A stretch of DNA of 64,000 bases from an uncultured Caldilinea sp. (GTDB lineage Bacteria > Chloroflexota > Anaerolineae > Caldilineales > Caldilineaceae): positions 14,160 to 78,159 of the forward strand of contig CALJMI010000001.1 in NCBI GenBank assembly GCA_937981885.1, given 5' to 3'. A model generated the notes under the pieces. The model saw only the letters and a program-made list of their open reading frames with translations, was not told where the DNA came from and did not search any database. The translations under genes and the position numbers were made by a program. Shown here piece after piece: positions 1 through 17,685 of this stretch (position 1 is the stretch's first letter; each line of letters starts with the position of its first letter).

Positions 1-1019
1 GATTCGATCACGTCGGGATAAAGCGTGCCCTGCGCCAGAAACGCTGGCGTCTCGACGCCCCACTCGCTCGCCAACCGCGCCGCCTCGCTCTCGAAGACGC
101 GCACAAAACGAGCGCCGATCAGCTTACGCTTGCGCTCCGGGTCTTCGACGCCCGCCAGGTCGGAGAGAAACTCCTCCTTGGCGTCCACTGCGATCAGGCG
201 CATCCCCTGGTGGCGCTCGAAGGTCTCGATCACCTGTTCGGCTTCACCCTTGCGCAGCAGCCCGTGATCGACGAATACGCACGCCAGCCGGTCGCCAATG
301 GCGCGATGCACCAGGGTCGCCGCCACTGCACTGTCGACGCCACCGCTCAAGCCGCAGATCACGTGACCTTTCGGCCCCACCTGTTCACGAATACGTTCGA
401 CGCTCTCCTCGATAAAATTGCCTGCTGTCCAGTCGCCACGACAGCCGCAAATGCGCTTGACGAAGTTGGCGAGGATGTCGCGGCCGTGCTGGGTGTGAAC
501 AACTTCGGGGTGGAACTGCAAGCCGTATAGCCGTCGTTTCTCATCAGCAATCGCCGCCAGTGGAGAGTTGCTGCTGTTAGCAATCGAAAGAAAACCATCG
601 GGCAAATGCTCGACGCGATCGCCGTGGCTCATCCACACTTGCAGGGTGTCGGGAAGGTCGGCGAAGAGCAGGCTCTCGGCGCCGGTGACATGGATCGTCG
701 CTGCGCCGTACTCGCGTTCCTGCGCCGGCGCGACGCGGCCTCCTAGCGTGTGCGCTAGAAGCTGCAAACCGTAGCAGACGCCAAGCACTGGAACGCCGCT
801 TTCGAGCACGATGGTAGGCAGCGTGGGCGCGCCTAGATCATAGACGCTGTTGGGACCGCCAGAAAGAATAATGCCCTGCGGCTTGAGCCTGGGCAGCGCT
901 TCGGCGGCGCGATCCCACGAAACGAGTTCGGCGTAAACATTCACCTCACGTACACGGCGGCAGATGAGCTGGCTATATTGGCTGCCGTAGTCAAGCACGA
1001 CGATCACCTGGTGTTGCAT
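1..1019 (-). CDS. guaA: GMP synthase (glutamine-hydrolysing), 3' end outside window
   Basis: Manual minus-strand translation from ATG at 1019: [73 protein letters not shown]; GAAGGTGG SD-like sequence upstream. Missing from the ORF track because it runs off the window. Confidence 0.97.
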   Translation of the reverse strand, partial: MQHQVIVVLDYGSQYSQLICRRVREVNVYAELVSWDRAAEALPRLKPQGIILSGGPNSVYDLGAPTLPTIVLESGVPVLGVCYGLQLLAHTLGGRVAPAQEREYGAATIHVTGAESLLFADLPDTLQVWMSHGDRVEHLPDGFLSIANSSNSPLAAIADEKRRLYGLQFHPEVVHTQHGRDILANFVKRICGCRGDWTAGNFIEESVERIREQVGPKGHVICGLSGGVDSAVAATLVHRAIGDRLACVFVDHGLLRKGEAEQVIETFERHQGMRLIAVDAKEEFLSDLAGVEDPERKRKLIGARFVRVFESEAARLASEWGVETPAFLAQGTLYPDVIE

Positions 1020-1143
1020 CGAGACTAAACCACCTTCGGTCGAAATACGATGACAAAAAATAGGATGACAAACGCCTGTTTCAGCCTAGCAGATCACGGT
1101 GTGACGCGCAAACATGCCAGGATGCGTAGGTCTACCGCACGCT

Positions 1144-1307
1144 TGGGAAACATAGATGTCACGTCACGCCGGAGGTAGTGACCTACGACGAACGCTCAAA
1201 TTGAATACCATCCAGAAAGCGCAGGTCTGGGAAACATAGATGCCATGTCACGCCGGAGGCGGTGACCTACGACGGACACTCAAATTGAATTACATCCAGA
1301 AAGCGCA
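1144..1307. repeat. Two ~80-bp direct repeats (period 84 bp), each containing a GTAG-type REP
   Basis: Copies at 1144-1223 and 1228-1307 (TGGGAAACATAGATG...TCCAGAAAGCGCA). Each holds GTCACGCCGGAGG-3 nt-TGACCTAC, which matches the elements at 49479-49535 and 52874-52897. Confidence 0.9.
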
Positions 1308-1347
1308 AGGAGTAGAACTTAGAATCAAAAAGAGACAAAACTGAAAT

Positions 1348-1387
1348 TTGGCGTAAAGTTGAAACAGTAGTATACTTGTTCGATAAT
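1348..1387 (+). promoter_or_regulatory. Overlapping sigma70-like promoters for rpsO
   Basis: TTGGCG-17-TATACT (1348-1376) and TTGAAA-17-GATAAT (1359-1387). Confidence 0.55.
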
Positions 1388-1551
1388 ACGCGCTGAATCA
1401 TGCGCCCGGTACAGCGGTGATTCGGCTCGTGCGCTCTGTTCTCACAGAGATTCTGTTCATGTAGAGGTTCTGACCTCACAGAACTTTGGACGCACAGGAC
1501 TTTGGTTGCAGAGCAACTCGTCGTCCATAACGGTTGGTCACATAAGTTCAC

Positions 1552-1833
<282 letters not shown>

Positions 1834-1841
1834 ACAACAAG

Positions 1842-1880
1842 AAGGGCGAGACGGTCAAAAGTGGACTCTCGCCCTTTTTT
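1842..1880 (+). terminator. Intrinsic terminator after rpsO
   Basis: AAGGGCGAGA...TCTCGCCCTT stem followed by a T-run. Confidence 0.85.
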
Positions 1881-2177
1881 GTATGTTCGAGCACGAACGC
1901 GCTGACATGTAGGAAGTGTTCGTCAGCAGTAAGTCTTGACAGTGGTTATGCAGGATCTGCGTCGGTAAAGCCGGCTCCAGGAACGAGGTCCGGCATTGGA
2001 GAGTGTTCCCAACCCCGTGTTGGGGCCACTCTCCAGTTCCGCACCTCGTCGGTATTCTTCTCTGCTACGCCACGTCTGACAACCTGCACGATTGTTGTTG
2101 GATGCAGTCATCTAACAGTTCCGCCTATGCGGTTGCTCGATGGCTGCCTGAGAATATGTTTTAAGAGGTAACAAAGT

Positions 2178-4424
2178 ATGCAAATGTTTCAAGGCACCCA
2201 ACTCTTCACTGCCGAAGTGGGTGGAAGAACCCTCGCGATTGAATCGGGTCTGCTGGCGCCACAGGCAGGAGGCGCCGTCACTGTACGCTATGGCGACACC
2301 GTGCTCCTGGCGACGGCAGTCATGAGCAAAGATGTTCGTTCAGGATTGAACTTTTTTCCGCTGACGGTCGAATTTGAGGAGCGTCTTTACGCTGCGGGCC
2401 GTATACCGGGCAGCTTTTTCCGTCGCGAAGGCAAGCCAAGCGAGCAGGCGATCCTGATGTCGCGCCTGGTCGATCGCCCGCTGCGCCCGCTCTTTCCAAA
2501 GGGAATGCGCAACGAGGTGCAGGTGATCATCACCGCCATGGCCACCGACGGACAAAATCTGATGGATCCATTGGCGATCATCGCGGCCTCCGCAGCGTTG
2601 GCGGTCAGCGATATCCCATGGAATGGGCCGATCGCAGGGACTACGATCGGCTTCGTCGACGGCGAATTTGTCGTCAACCCGACCGCCGCACAGATGGAGC
2701 ACAGCAGTCTGAGTCTGGTGGCGGCTGGCACCGACGACAATATCCTGATGGTCGAAGCTGGCGCCAACGAACTGCCAGAAGACCTGGTTCTCGAAGCGCT
2801 CAAGCTGGCGCATGAGACCAACCGCGTTGTCATTGCGGCAATCAATAAGCTACGCGCTGCGCTTGGCAAAGAGAAGGCGGAGCCGTCGATCTTCCTGCCT
2901 ACTGCCGAGGTGGAGGCGGAAATCTCGGCGTTGGCCGCCGCCAAAATCTCAGCATTGCTGGAGCAAGGTCTGGGCAAAGTTGAGCTGAACAGCGGTCTCG
3001 ACGCCATCAAGGCTGAAATTCGAGCAGCGTTCGCTGAGCGCGTTGCTGAAGGAACGGTCTCCGCCGTTGAAATCGACGACGCCTACGAAGAGATACTGAA
3101 GAAGGTCACGCGCAAACGTATCCTGGAAACAGGCATCCGCCCCGACGGCCGCACGACGACGCAGATTCGTCCGATCAGTGTACAGGTGAGCAACTTGCCG
3201 CGCGTGCACGGTTCCGGTCTCTTCATGCGCGGCGAGACGCACGTGCTCACCATCGCCACGCTTGGCACGCCCGGCGACGCACAGCGTCTCGACTCGTTGC
3301 TTCCCGGCGAAGAGAAACGCTACATGCATCACTACAACTTCCCGCCCTTCAGCACCGGCGAAGCCACGCCGATGCGCGGCCCCAAGCGCCGCGAGATCGG
3401 CCATGGCGCGTTGGCAGAGCGGGCGCTGATCCCTGTCATCCCAGAAGATTTTCCGTACACGCTGCGCCTGGTCAGCGAGGTGCTCAGTTCCAACGGCTCG
3501 ACCAGTATGGGGTCAGTCTGTGGAAGCACGTTGGCGTTGATGGACGCAGGCGTACCGATCACGGCGCCGGTGGCCGGTATAGCCATGGGGCTGATCCAGG
3601 ACATGGAGAGCGGCGCTTACCAGGTGCTCAGCGACATCCAGGGCATGGAAGATGCGCTCGGCGACATGGACTTCAAGGTTGCCGGCACTGAGCACGGCAT
3701 CACTGCCCTGCAGATGGACTTGAAAATCAAAGGTCTGGATTTCGACATCTTACAAAAGGCGCTCGACCAGGCGCGTGAAGGACGTATGTACATCATGGGC
3801 AAGATGCTTGAGGTGCTGCCCAAATCACGTGAGAAACTGAGCGAATACGCGCCGCGCATCCTAACCCATCACATTGACCCTGAAAAGATCGGTAAGTTGA
3901 TCGGACCGGGCGGCAAAACTGTGCGCAGCTTGCAGGAAACCTTCGTCGTCAAGATCGACATCGAGGAAGATGGCACAGTCTACATCTCCGGCGAAGGCTT
4001 GAACGCTGAACGTGCGCTGGCGGAAGTGCAGCGCATGACCGAAGATATCGAGGTCGGCAAAATCTACACCGGCACTGTCGTGCGCGTTGAACCTTACGGT
4101 GCATTTGTCAACATCATGCCGGGCGTCGATGGTATGGTGCACATCAGCCAACTCGCCGACTATCGCGTCGATAAGGTTGAAGACATCGCCAAACTGGGTG
4201 ACGAGCTGACAGCCATGGTGATCGATGTCGATCCAGGCGGCAAAGTGCGCATGAGCCGGCAAGCTGTGCTCGAAGGCTGGAGCGTCGAAGAGGCGCGCAG
4301 CCGCGACCGCGGCGCCCGTCCGGCGCGCAACGGCGGCGACCGCGGGGGAGATCGCGACCGCGGCGATCGGGGTGGTCGCAGCGGCGACCGTCGTTATGAT
4401 CGCGGGGGCGACCGCCGCCGGTAA
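2178..4424 (+). CDS. pnp: Polyribonucleotide nucleotidyltransferase
   Basis: [50 protein letters not shown]; KH (IGPGGK) and S1 domains; RG-rich tail. Confidence 0.99.
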   Translation: MQMFQGTQLFTAEVGGRTLAIESGLLAPQAGGAVTVRYGDTVLLATAVMSKDVRSGLNFFPLTVEFEERLYAAGRIPGSFFRREGKPSEQAILMSRLVDRPLRPLFPKGMRNEVQVIITAMATDGQNLMDPLAIIAASAALAVSDIPWNGPIAGTTIGFVDGEFVVNPTAAQMEHSSLSLVAAGTDDNILMVEAGANELPEDLVLEALKLAHETNRVVIAAINKLRAALGKEKAEPSIFLPTAEVEAEISALAAAKISALLEQGLGKVELNSGLDAIKAEIRAAFAERVAEGTVSAVEIDDAYEEILKKVTRKRILETGIRPDGRTTTQIRPISVQVSNLPRVHGSGLFMRGETHVLTIATLGTPGDAQRLDSLLPGEEKRYMHHYNFPPFSTGEATPMRGPKRREIGHGALAERALIPVIPEDFPYTLRLVSEVLSSNGSTSMGSVCGSTLALMDAGVPITAPVAGIAMGLIQDMESGAYQVLSDIQGMEDALGDMDFKVAGTEHGITALQMDLKIKGLDFDILQKALDQAREGRMYIMGKMLEVLPKSREKLSEYAPRILTHHIDPEKIGKLIGPGGKTVRSLQETFVVKIDIEEDGTVYISGEGLNAERALAEVQRMTEDIEVGKIYTGTVVRVEPYGAFVNIMPGVDGMVHISQLADYRVDKVEDIAKLGDELTAMVIDVDPGGKVRMSRQAVLEGWSVEEARSRDRGARPARNGGDRGGDRDRGDRGGRSGDRRYDRGGDRRR

Positions 4425-4550
4425 AACGTCGTTTTCGTCGCCGAATATGGAAATCCCAGCCCTGCAGCACTGAGGCAAACAGCTTCGATGCAGCAGGGCT
4501 GACAAAACGACAAACAGCCGTCCATCAAATTTCTTGTGTCAGGTTGATGT

Positions 4551-5549
4551 TTGCTCGTGGAACATTCTGAATTGCTGTCCAGCGCGCCGCCCCCGCCTGG
4601 GCTGGATCACCCGTTCGACCGCTTTCAACGACATCGGGATGTTCAGATCGTTGTCGCTCGCATGGCCACAGCGTTGGGCCGGCCGCGGCTGCGCGTGCTC
4701 GACGTGGGCGGCGCTGAACTGACGCAACAATTCATGCCTGAACACGAGATCATCGTAACAAACCTTTCCTTTGAACATCCCTTTGCGGTGCAAAGCAGTG
4801 GTGTGGCGTTGCCGTTCGCCGACAATGCGTTCGACGTTGTCTTGACAATAGACACGCTCGAGCACATTCCCCCAGCAGACCGACAGATGTTCCTCAGCGA
4901 GATGGTGCGGGTGGCAAACAGTTATGCGCTGATCACCGGGCCGTTTGCAAGCCCGATCAATCACGAAGCAGAACGACTGCTCGATGATTACATCTTTGAG
5001 ACAACCGGTCAACACTATTATTATCTTGCAGAGCATCTGGAGTTTGGCTTGCCCGCTTTGCATGATACGGAACGGCAATTGATTGCCGATGGCTGCGCAA
5101 CCTTCACCATCCCTAGCGGTTATACACCGCGCTGGATAGCCATGATGCTTTTACGCTTCTCAATGGTTGGGACAGCGCAGGGGCGCGCTGCAAATCAATG
5201 GCTAGAGAAGTTATACAATCACCAGTTCTACTGGACAGACCATACGGAGCCAGGCTATCGGCAGGTGGTTGTTGCCGCAAAACATGGCGGCATCGAAGCA
5301 ATTCAAGAGATCGTCGATCTCTTCGCCGCCGGTAAATCAGCCTATGGTGAGCCAGATTTCGATCATTTGCTTGCGCTCGGGCAAACTATGTCTGTTGCAC
5401 GCGCCTTCGATGCATACGAACAGAAAATATCGCTGCTACAGTCTCAAAACGAGATGATGGCGGCTAAAATCAAAGCGTTTGAATCTGGCCGATTTATGCG
5501 CTTCATGTCCAACATCCACGCACTGCGCCGCCATTTAGAGGGCGTCTAG
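4551..5549 (+). CDS. Class I SAM-dependent methyltransferase with C-terminal helical/coiled-coil tail
   Basis: VLDVGG motif I; LPFADNAFDVV and DTLEHI motifs. Start codon uncertain. Confidence 0.8.
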   Translation: MLVEHSELLSSAPPPPGLDHPFDRFQRHRDVQIVVARMATALGRPRLRVLDVGGAELTQQFMPEHEIIVTNLSFEHPFAVQSSGVALPFADNAFDVVLTIDTLEHIPPADRQMFLSEMVRVANSYALITGPFASPINHEAERLLDDYIFETTGQHYYYLAEHLEFGLPALHDTERQLIADGCATFTIPSGYTPRWIAMMLLRFSMVGTAQGRAANQWLEKLYNHQFYWTDHTEPGYRQVVVAAKHGGIEAIQEIVDLFAAGKSAYGEPDFDHLLALGQTMSVARAFDAYEQKISLLQSQNEMMAAKIKAFESGRFMRFMSNIHALRRHLEGV

Positions 5550-5592
5550 TCGAGATCGTTTACTGCCCTCTCTACATCAACGGCGAGACAAA

Positions 5593-7167
5593 TCAGGACT
5601 CGAGTTGCTCGCGACCAGATATAGCTCGCTCGTATTCCCCATCAGTGCCATTGACGTGGGAAGAGTGCTCGGGCGTTTTCGGCGAAGGCGTCCCATCTCC
5701 TTCAGCGCCATCAAGCAAGTCGAGTTTGGGCTTGCTGGCAGAGACCGGCTCACGTCTTTCGTCTGTTGATTTCACTTGGCTGCGCCGAGCCTCCAACTCG
5801 CGCCTGGAGACCTTACGCCGATACGACCGCGGCGGTGGGTCGGTGAGCAGGCGTCCTCCAAAGGGCGGATAATCCAAAAGTTTGGCGTGTACATAACTGC
5901 CGATCACGCGGAAGCTGGCAGCCACCGGCGGCGCAAGCAGCGCACCGAGAATCCCTGCCGTGGTCAGACCGACGGCTACAGCGCAGATGACAATGATCGG
6001 GTGCAAATTCACACTGTCGCCGATAATGCGCGGCACCAAAATGTTGTTTTCCAATTGCTGGATCAGAAAATAGATGCCAACCGTGATCAGTGCAAAACCC
6101 AAATTGTTGATGCCTAGATCGCGCATAACATCGCTTCCCTGAATCAACGCCACAATGACGGCAGGAATGGTGGCGATGACAGGACCCAGATTCGGCACAA
6201 CTTCGAGCAAACCGGCAATGATGGCAAGGATCAGCGCTCCCGGCATTCCAACCAATATCAGCGCCAGATACGTCATGGCGCCCACAACAATGCCAAGAAT
6301 CAATTGCCCGCGCAGGAATGACTGCCAGACCCGACCAATGCGGCGGAGCAGATCAGCCAGTTCAGAACGATAGGAAGGCGGAAAAAGTCCATGCACATAC
6401 GCCTGAATGCGCGGTGCATCGATTGTCATATAGAGGCTGACAAACAATGTGACCAGCACGGTCAAAAACACAGAGAAGATGCCGCCAACGACGCTGACGC
6501 CGATGTTGAAGGTGCTTCCCACAAGAGTCGTTGTAGTGCTCAACAAATTCTGAATGTAGCTCAGGATGTCACTGACCGATGGGATAAACTGGATTTGTTG
6601 CGCGTTTTCCTGAATGAGAGCAAAGAACTCACCGATCGGCAATACATAGCCCAATACAACAATTTCAGCTGGCAGGCCGCGCATCGTTTCATCTAGCCAT
6701 GAAAGTACGGCGCGCGCCGTGCCAGGGACATTGAAGTTCGCCAGCGTGCGCAACTGGTCGATCAAAGCTGGCACAAAGATAATCGGCAACAGCACAAGCA
6801 CTACGATCACAAACAAATAAACGACCAGTGTGCTGATAGCGCGAGGGATTTTAATTCGCTCCGCCAGATTGACGATCGGGCTCAGCAGATAAGAGAGAAT
6901 GCCCGCCACCAGAATCATTGGCAGGATGTTGCGGCTAATGTAGAGCACAAAAACGACCGCTACCAGCATGATCACAAGTACAGTGCGCTTAGTCGCCAGA
7001 TCCCAGCTTGAATCCTCCCCTGGCTGTGTCACAGCCTCGATAGCGGCGACCAGTGAATCCGCCGCTTCGATTGGCGTCGAAGCTTCAATGGGAGGAGAAA
7101 CTCCATCATCAGTCAGGGAGTAGGATGGTTCGATTTGGTTAGTTGCACTTCGCGTTGGTTCGTTCAT
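5593..7167 (-). CDS. AI-2E family transporter
   Basis: Multiple TM segments with [29 protein letters not shown] and LHP motifs. Start placed at MNEP (ORF track opens at 7191). Confidence 0.9.
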   Translation of the reverse strand: MNEPTRSATNQIEPSYSLTDDGVSPPIEASTPIEAADSLVAAIEAVTQPGEDSSWDLATKRTVLVIMLVAVVFVLYISRNILPMILVAGILSYLLSPIVNLAERIKIPRAISTLVVYLFVIVVLVLLPIIFVPALIDQLRTLANFNVPGTARAVLSWLDETMRGLPAEIVVLGYVLPIGEFFALIQENAQQIQFIPSVSDILSYIQNLLSTTTTLVGSTFNIGVSVVGGIFSVFLTVLVTLFVSLYMTIDAPRIQAYVHGLFPPSYRSELADLLRRIGRVWQSFLRGQLILGIVVGAMTYLALILVGMPGALILAIIAGLLEVVPNLGPVIATIPAVIVALIQGSDVMRDLGINNLGFALITVGIYFLIQQLENNILVPRIIGDSVNLHPIIVICAVAVGLTTAGILGALLAPPVAASFRVIGSYVHAKLLDYPPFGGRLLTDPPPRSYRRKVSRRELEARRSQVKSTDERREPVSASKPKLDLLDGAEGDGTPSPKTPEHSSHVNGTDGEYERAISGREQLES

Positions 7168-7314
7168 CTGATTTTGGACCCGGCAACTCACATCAGTACG
7201 GTCGGGACTTGACTATTCTCTATAGTTAGTAAACCCGCTGCTCATGCAGAGGTCGCGCCTCCTTAATAATAGCCCCAGATTGCAGGACACTTCTGCTTCA
7301 AGATTTTGCGCTTA

Positions 7315-8295
7315 TCAGCCAAGCACAGCGCGTATGACGCGCAGCAAATTCTCGCCCAAAACTTTGCGGATCACCCTGACATCGTAGCCGCGTTCGACAA
7401 GGCGCTGCGTGATCAACGGGTAGCAGGTTGCGTCCTTCATCTCCTGCGCCATCGTCCAGCCGTCGAAGTCACTGCCCAGCGCCACGTGATCGGGGCCAAC
7501 GACAGCAAGCATGTGCTCGATGTTGGCGACAATGTCGTCGAGCGACGCTGCCTCTGGGCTCTGATTGTTGAGAAACGCATCAACAAAAGTTACGCCGATC
7601 ACGCCGCCGCCGGCGGCAATCGCCTCCAGTTGGGCGTCGGTCAGGTTGCGGCGGTGGTCGCACAGGGCGCGGGCGTTGCTGTGGCTGGCGATGATCGGCT
7701 GCTGGCTGACGGCGAGCACATCCGCCACACCCGCCGGCGAGAGATGGCTGACATCAAGAATAATGCCGAGCCGATTGCACTCCTCCACGACCTGTACACC
7801 GAACTCGGTTAAGCCGCCGTTGGTGCGGCTTTCGGCCACGCCGTCACACGCCGCGTTGCGGTTGTTCCACGCCAGCCCCAGGTTGCGCAGCCCGAGCCGA
7901 TAGAACTGGCGCAGCACGCCGATGCTGGCGTCGAGCGCCTCGGCGCCTTCCAGCCCGGCGACGCCTGCGATCTTACCCGCAGCTTTGGCGCGCAGGATGT
8001 CGTCGGCGTTGCGCGCCAGCACGAACTGGTCGGGCAGCGCCTCGGCGAGCAGGTGAAGCTGGTCGAGCCGCTCCAGCGCATGGACGGTGGCGCCGTGCCG
8101 CTGGTAGGGCTTGGGCACGTAACAGGCAAAGAACTGCACATCGACGCCGCCCTCGCGCAAGCGCGGCAGATCGATGTGGCCGTGGTCGGAGCGGTCGCCC
8201 AGCCAACGGCCATGCTCAAGCTGATCGCCGATGCTGTCGCAGTGCCCGTCGATCACAATGGCGTCGAAGTGAAGTGAGAGAAAAGCATTCGTCAT
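7315..8295 (-). CDS. Membrane dipeptidase (peptidase M19)
   Basis: DGHCD, LEGA, DVSHL, ASHSN, RNLTD, GSDFDG and GENLLRV motifs. Confidence 0.95.
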   Translation of the reverse strand: MTNAFLSLHFDAIVIDGHCDSIGDQLEHGRWLGDRSDHGHIDLPRLREGGVDVQFFACYVPKPYQRHGATVHALERLDQLHLLAEALPDQFVLARNADDILRAKAAGKIAGVAGLEGAEALDASIGVLRQFYRLGLRNLGLAWNNRNAACDGVAESRTNGGLTEFGVQVVEECNRLGIILDVSHLSPAGVADVLAVSQQPIIASHSNARALCDHRRNLTDAQLEAIAAGGGVIGVTFVDAFLNNQSPEAASLDDIVANIEHMLAVVGPDHVALGSDFDGWTMAQEMKDATCYPLITQRLVERGYDVRVIRKVLGENLLRVIRAVLG

Positions 8296-8298
8296 AAT

Positions 8299-9506
<1,208 letters not shown>

Positions 9507-9545
9507 GCAGTTTCGGGAATTGGCAACGGAAAGGATTGTCGACGC

Positions 9546-11263
<1,718 letters not shown>

Positions 11264-12528
11264 CGCAGAGATGAGCACGTCCCGCGCAACAAAAATTGCT
11301 ACAATTCTCCTATTCGTGGCGCTGGTGGCAAGCGGTTGCCGTCCCACGCCCGGCAAACCAGCGTTGTCGCCGACGATCGGTCAGCCGCCCATCGAGGCGA
11401 CCGGCGCACCAGTGCGGCCGCCCGTGAATGCAACGCCGCCGCCGGCGCAGACGGCAAGTGCAGGCGCACCGTTGCTCATGGCGGAGCCGACGCCTGACGC
11501 TGCACGTCACCCCGCCCTGGCGGACCTGTGGGAAGGGCGCGCTCACTTTGCCGTCGATGTGGCGGAGACTGGGCTGCCGATGGGTGAGTCGGACACGCTG
11601 GTGATGAGCAACGGCGCGCTCTGGTCGTATGTGCACGCCAGCGACCGCTCGGCTGGCGTGCGCGACCAGTGCGGCGATCCGGTCGCGTTTCCGGGCTGCG
11701 TGGTCATCTACGAGAGTGAGGACGGCGGAATCTCCTTTACGCTGCCCAACCCACCGACCTGTCTGATTGCGTGTGTGCAGTGTCCATGCGACGCCGACAT
11801 CGATCACACCGTGCAGCAGCAATACCCGCGCGTCACGTTTGCTGAAGGGCGGGCGTGGATGGTCTATGAATACCTGGGGCGCGTGATGTTGCGCACTTCA
11901 CGCAACGGACGGCTCTGGTCGCCGCCCGAACATGTGGCGGATTCGCTGGTCTGGCATCTGTGGTTCCGCGATTGCCCGGCCGAGGAGCGCATTGGCGCCC
12001 ATCCCTTCACACCCTTCGACTATGAATGTCTGCGCGGGGGGCCGCCCGGCGTCTTTGTCGAAGATGGGACGCTCTACGTGTTCATGGCGCAAGGGCAGAA
12101 TCCTGGCGCGATGGGCTGTTTCAAGCGGGCAGTCAACGATGAAGACGCTGTGTTCCAGCCTTGCGCCAACAATCCGCTCTTTGTCGGCGCAGCGGTGTAT
12201 GGGCCGCACGACCGCACGGACGCCGCCGCCAATCCCTTTTTCGACTTTCGCACGATCAGCTCGGCGGAGATTCAGCAGTTGGGCGAGGGCGCCGAGCGGC
12301 GCTATTACATGCTCTACGAGGGCGTGCGCGGTCCGGCGGATGGCGATCCCGGCGACACGCAGTTTGGTCTCGGCCTGGCGCGCTCGCTCACCGCTCAGAT
12401 CGACGGCGCATGGGAGAAATATCCCGCCAACCCGCTGCTGGTCGACCTGCCCGGCAACATCGGGTTGGGACATGCAGACATCGTGGTGCAGGAGGGACGC
12501 ACCTATCTCTACACATCGCTCGATGGCG

Positions 12529-14829
<2,301 letters not shown>

Positions 14830-15012
14830 TGCGCGTCATACCAGTTGGATTGACGGGTCATCATCGGTGTAGTATACAATTGTCATAAAGCCAGTGCAAA
14901 GGTCGTCGTGTGCTGACCCATCCTTTATGGGAATTTCATTTCTATATGCTGTTTATGATAACATGATTACAGTTGTGGTTTTGCGCTGAAAGATTCTAAC
15001 TGGAGTTATATC

Positions 15013-15381
15013 ATGAAAAACCTGCTCAAGTTCCTCTTTTTTGCCGCTGTGGTTGCCGGCGTGGTTTACGTGCTCAAACAGATTTTTGCTCCCCCCGACG
15101 GCGAGTCGGCGGCACGGAGCGGTGTTTTGCCATCGCAGCCGGTCAAATCACTGGATGATGCGCCGCTTGGCGGCAAGATCAGCGAGGAGCTGCTGAAGAT
15201 TCTCGTCTGCCCAGAAGATAAGGGGCCGCTCGAACTAGTGGATGACGGCAAATTCCTGCTCAACCCACGCAACGGCTACAAATATCCGATCCGCAACGGA
15301 ATTCCGGTCATGCTAATCGAGGAGGGCAAGAAATATCGCGATCCAAACTTCACCCCCAAGACTGACAGCGCAACCGCCTGA
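15013..15381 (+). CDS. Trm112-like protein with N-terminal membrane anchor
   Basis: LKILVCPEDKGPL...YPIRNGIPVML Trm112 signature; hydrophobic N-terminal helix; GGAG SD. Confidence 0.85.
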   Translation: MKNLLKFLFFAAVVAGVVYVLKQIFAPPDGESAARSGVLPSQPVKSLDDAPLGGKISEELLKILVCPEDKGPLELVDDGKFLLNPRNGYKYPIRNGIPVMLIEEGKKYRDPNFTPKTDSATA

Positions 15382-15408
15382 TCGGCCAGGAACGGATCAG
15401 ATTGATCC

Positions 15409-15443
15409 AGCCCCGGAGCGGATGCTCCGGGCTTTTTCTTTTT
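15409..15443 (+). terminator. Intrinsic terminator
   Basis: GC-rich stem (CCCGGAGC/GCTCCGGG) followed by a T-rich tract. Confidence 0.85.
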
Positions 15444-15536
15444 CCACCGCCTTCATTGGGAATGCGTAGACAGAATCTGTCGTCCCTCCGCAATGCTCAT
15501 CTTACTGTTCAAACAAATTTCTTACACCTCAAGGTA

Positions 15537-15590
15537 TTGACATTCATGACGCAATGCGTTATAATGCTGTTTGTAACGCACTGCGTTATA
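15537..15590 (+). promoter_or_regulatory. Consensus sigma70 promoter with two palindromic operator-like sites
   Basis: TTGACA (15537)-17 nt-TATAAT (15560); TRACGCA-N-TGCGTTA at 15547-15561 and 15574-15588. Confidence 0.85.
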
Positions 15591-15649
15591 GACGTAACGT
15601 AAGAAAAGATCGAATCGAAACAGGTTCTAAAATTCGAGGAGCAACGATA

Positions 15650-16294
<645 letters not shown>

Positions 16295-16310
16295 GGTTGA
16301 ATAGGTTGTG

Positions 16311-16350
16311 AGGAAACGCTCCGGCAAGATTTGCCGGAGCGTTTCCTTTA
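16311..16350 (+). terminator. Strong hairpin terminator after the phasin-like gene
   Basis: AGGAAACGCTCCGGCAA / TTGCCGGAGCGTTTCCT perfect inverted repeat. Confidence 0.8.
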
Positions 16351-16428
16351 GCCCTGTGTTTCGCGCTGCTTGCGCTGTTGATCTATACTACCGAAATCTT
16401 TTCATCATCGATTCGGTTTGGATTCATC

Positions 16429-17685
16429 ATGCAAATACAAGGCAGCAGCCAGACGGCAGTGTCGCGGCGTATTACCAGCACAATTTTTCTTAGCGAGAGC
16501 ATCTTCAGCGCAGCGTTCATCGCCACGGTGACGCTGCTTTCGGTCAATGCTGCCATGCTGAGCGGCACGGACACGCTGGCTGGCTTGCCGACGACGCTTG
16601 GATTGATCGGGCGTGCGGCGTTGGCGGTGCCGATGGGTTGGCTGATGGATCGCTCCGGACGGCGCAGCGGCATGATACTCGGCTATGGCATTGGCGCGCT
16701 GGGCATGGCGACCGGCGTGTTGGCGGTGCAAAGTTTCTCGTTTGTGTTGCTATGCGTCAGCTCGACCATCGTCGGCATCAACAACGCCACCAGCCAACAA
16801 TCGCGCTTCATTGCCGCCGAAGTGTGGCCCTCCGACCAACGTGCACGCGTGATCGGCTTTATCGTATTTGCTGGCACGATCGGTGCAGTCGGTGGGCCAC
16901 TATTGGTGGGTCCGACCTCGGCGTTGGCGATGCGTCTAGGCTTTGAGGCAAATGCGGGTCCCTATCTGCTCGGCGCCGGCTTGCTGGCAGTCGCTGCGAT
17001 AATGACGATGCTGTTCCTGCGTCCAGACCCGCTACATTTTGGCAGGCAGTTCGATGTCCCTTCGCGCGACGCCCATGGCAACATCCTGGCGTCGCGCACG
17101 GCGCGTGCGATCTTCGCCGATCGCACCGTACAGCTTGCCGTGGCGTCGATGGTGGTCGGCCAACTTGTAATGACGCTGATTATGGTGATCACGCCGGTGC
17201 ACATGCACCACGAGAACCACACCAACAGCGAGATTTCCTTCGTCTTCATGGCGCACACGCTCGGCATGTTTGGTTTTGCCTTTCTCACCGGCTGGCTGAT
17301 CAGCCAGCTTGGCGCACGCCCGATGATCGCGTTTGGAGCGGCCGTGCTGGTTCTCTCCAGCGTCATGGCGGCGGTGGCAGCCAACATGCTGACATTGACC
17401 CTTGCACTCTTTTTGCTCGGCCTAGGTTGGAGCTTCTGCTTTGTCGCCGGTTCCTCGCTGCTCACCGGCGCGCTCCATGCCAGCGAGCGCGGGCGGATTC
17501 AAGGCGCCAACGACATGCTGGTGGCGCTGGCATCGGGCACGGGCAGCCTCTCCACTGGCGCCATTTTTGCATTTGGCGGCATGATTGCCGTCGGCGCAGT
17601 GGGGCTTGGCTTGACGCTGGCGTTCGTGGCGCTGGCGGCGTGGCTGCACCAGCAGCGCAACCCAAAAGCGGTGGAGGTTGGCTGA
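16429..17685 (+). CDS. MFS transporter
   Basis: About 12 TM segments; motif A G.LMDRSGRR. Start placed at MQIQ. Confidence 0.92.
   Translation: MQIQGSSQTAVSRRITSTIFLSESIFSAAFIATVTLLSVNAAMLSGTDTLAGLPTTLGLIGRAALAVPMGWLMDRSGRRSGMILGYGIGALGMATGVLAVQSFSFVLLCVSSTIVGINNATSQQSRFIAAEVWPSDQRARVIGFIVFAGTIGAVGGPLLVGPTSALAMRLGFEANAGPYLLGAGLLAVAAIMTMLFLRPDPLHFGRQFDVPSRDAHGNILASRTARAIFADRTVQLAVASMVVGQLVMTLIMVITPVHMHHENHTNSEISFVFMAHTLGMFGFAFLTGWLISQLGARPMIAFGAAVLVLSSVMAAVAANMLTLTLALFLLGLGWSFCFVAGSSLLTGALHASERGRIQGANDMLVALASGTGSLSTGAIFAFGGMIAVGAVGLGLTLAFVALAAWLHQQRNPKAVEVG

Noticed and set aside
1144-1307. Possible CRISPR array
   Set aside because: Only two units, the whole unit is duplicated with no unique spacers, and there are no cas genes.
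4300-4421. GGCGACCGC repeats at the end of pnp
   Set aside because: They encode the common low-complexity RGGDR tail of PNPase.
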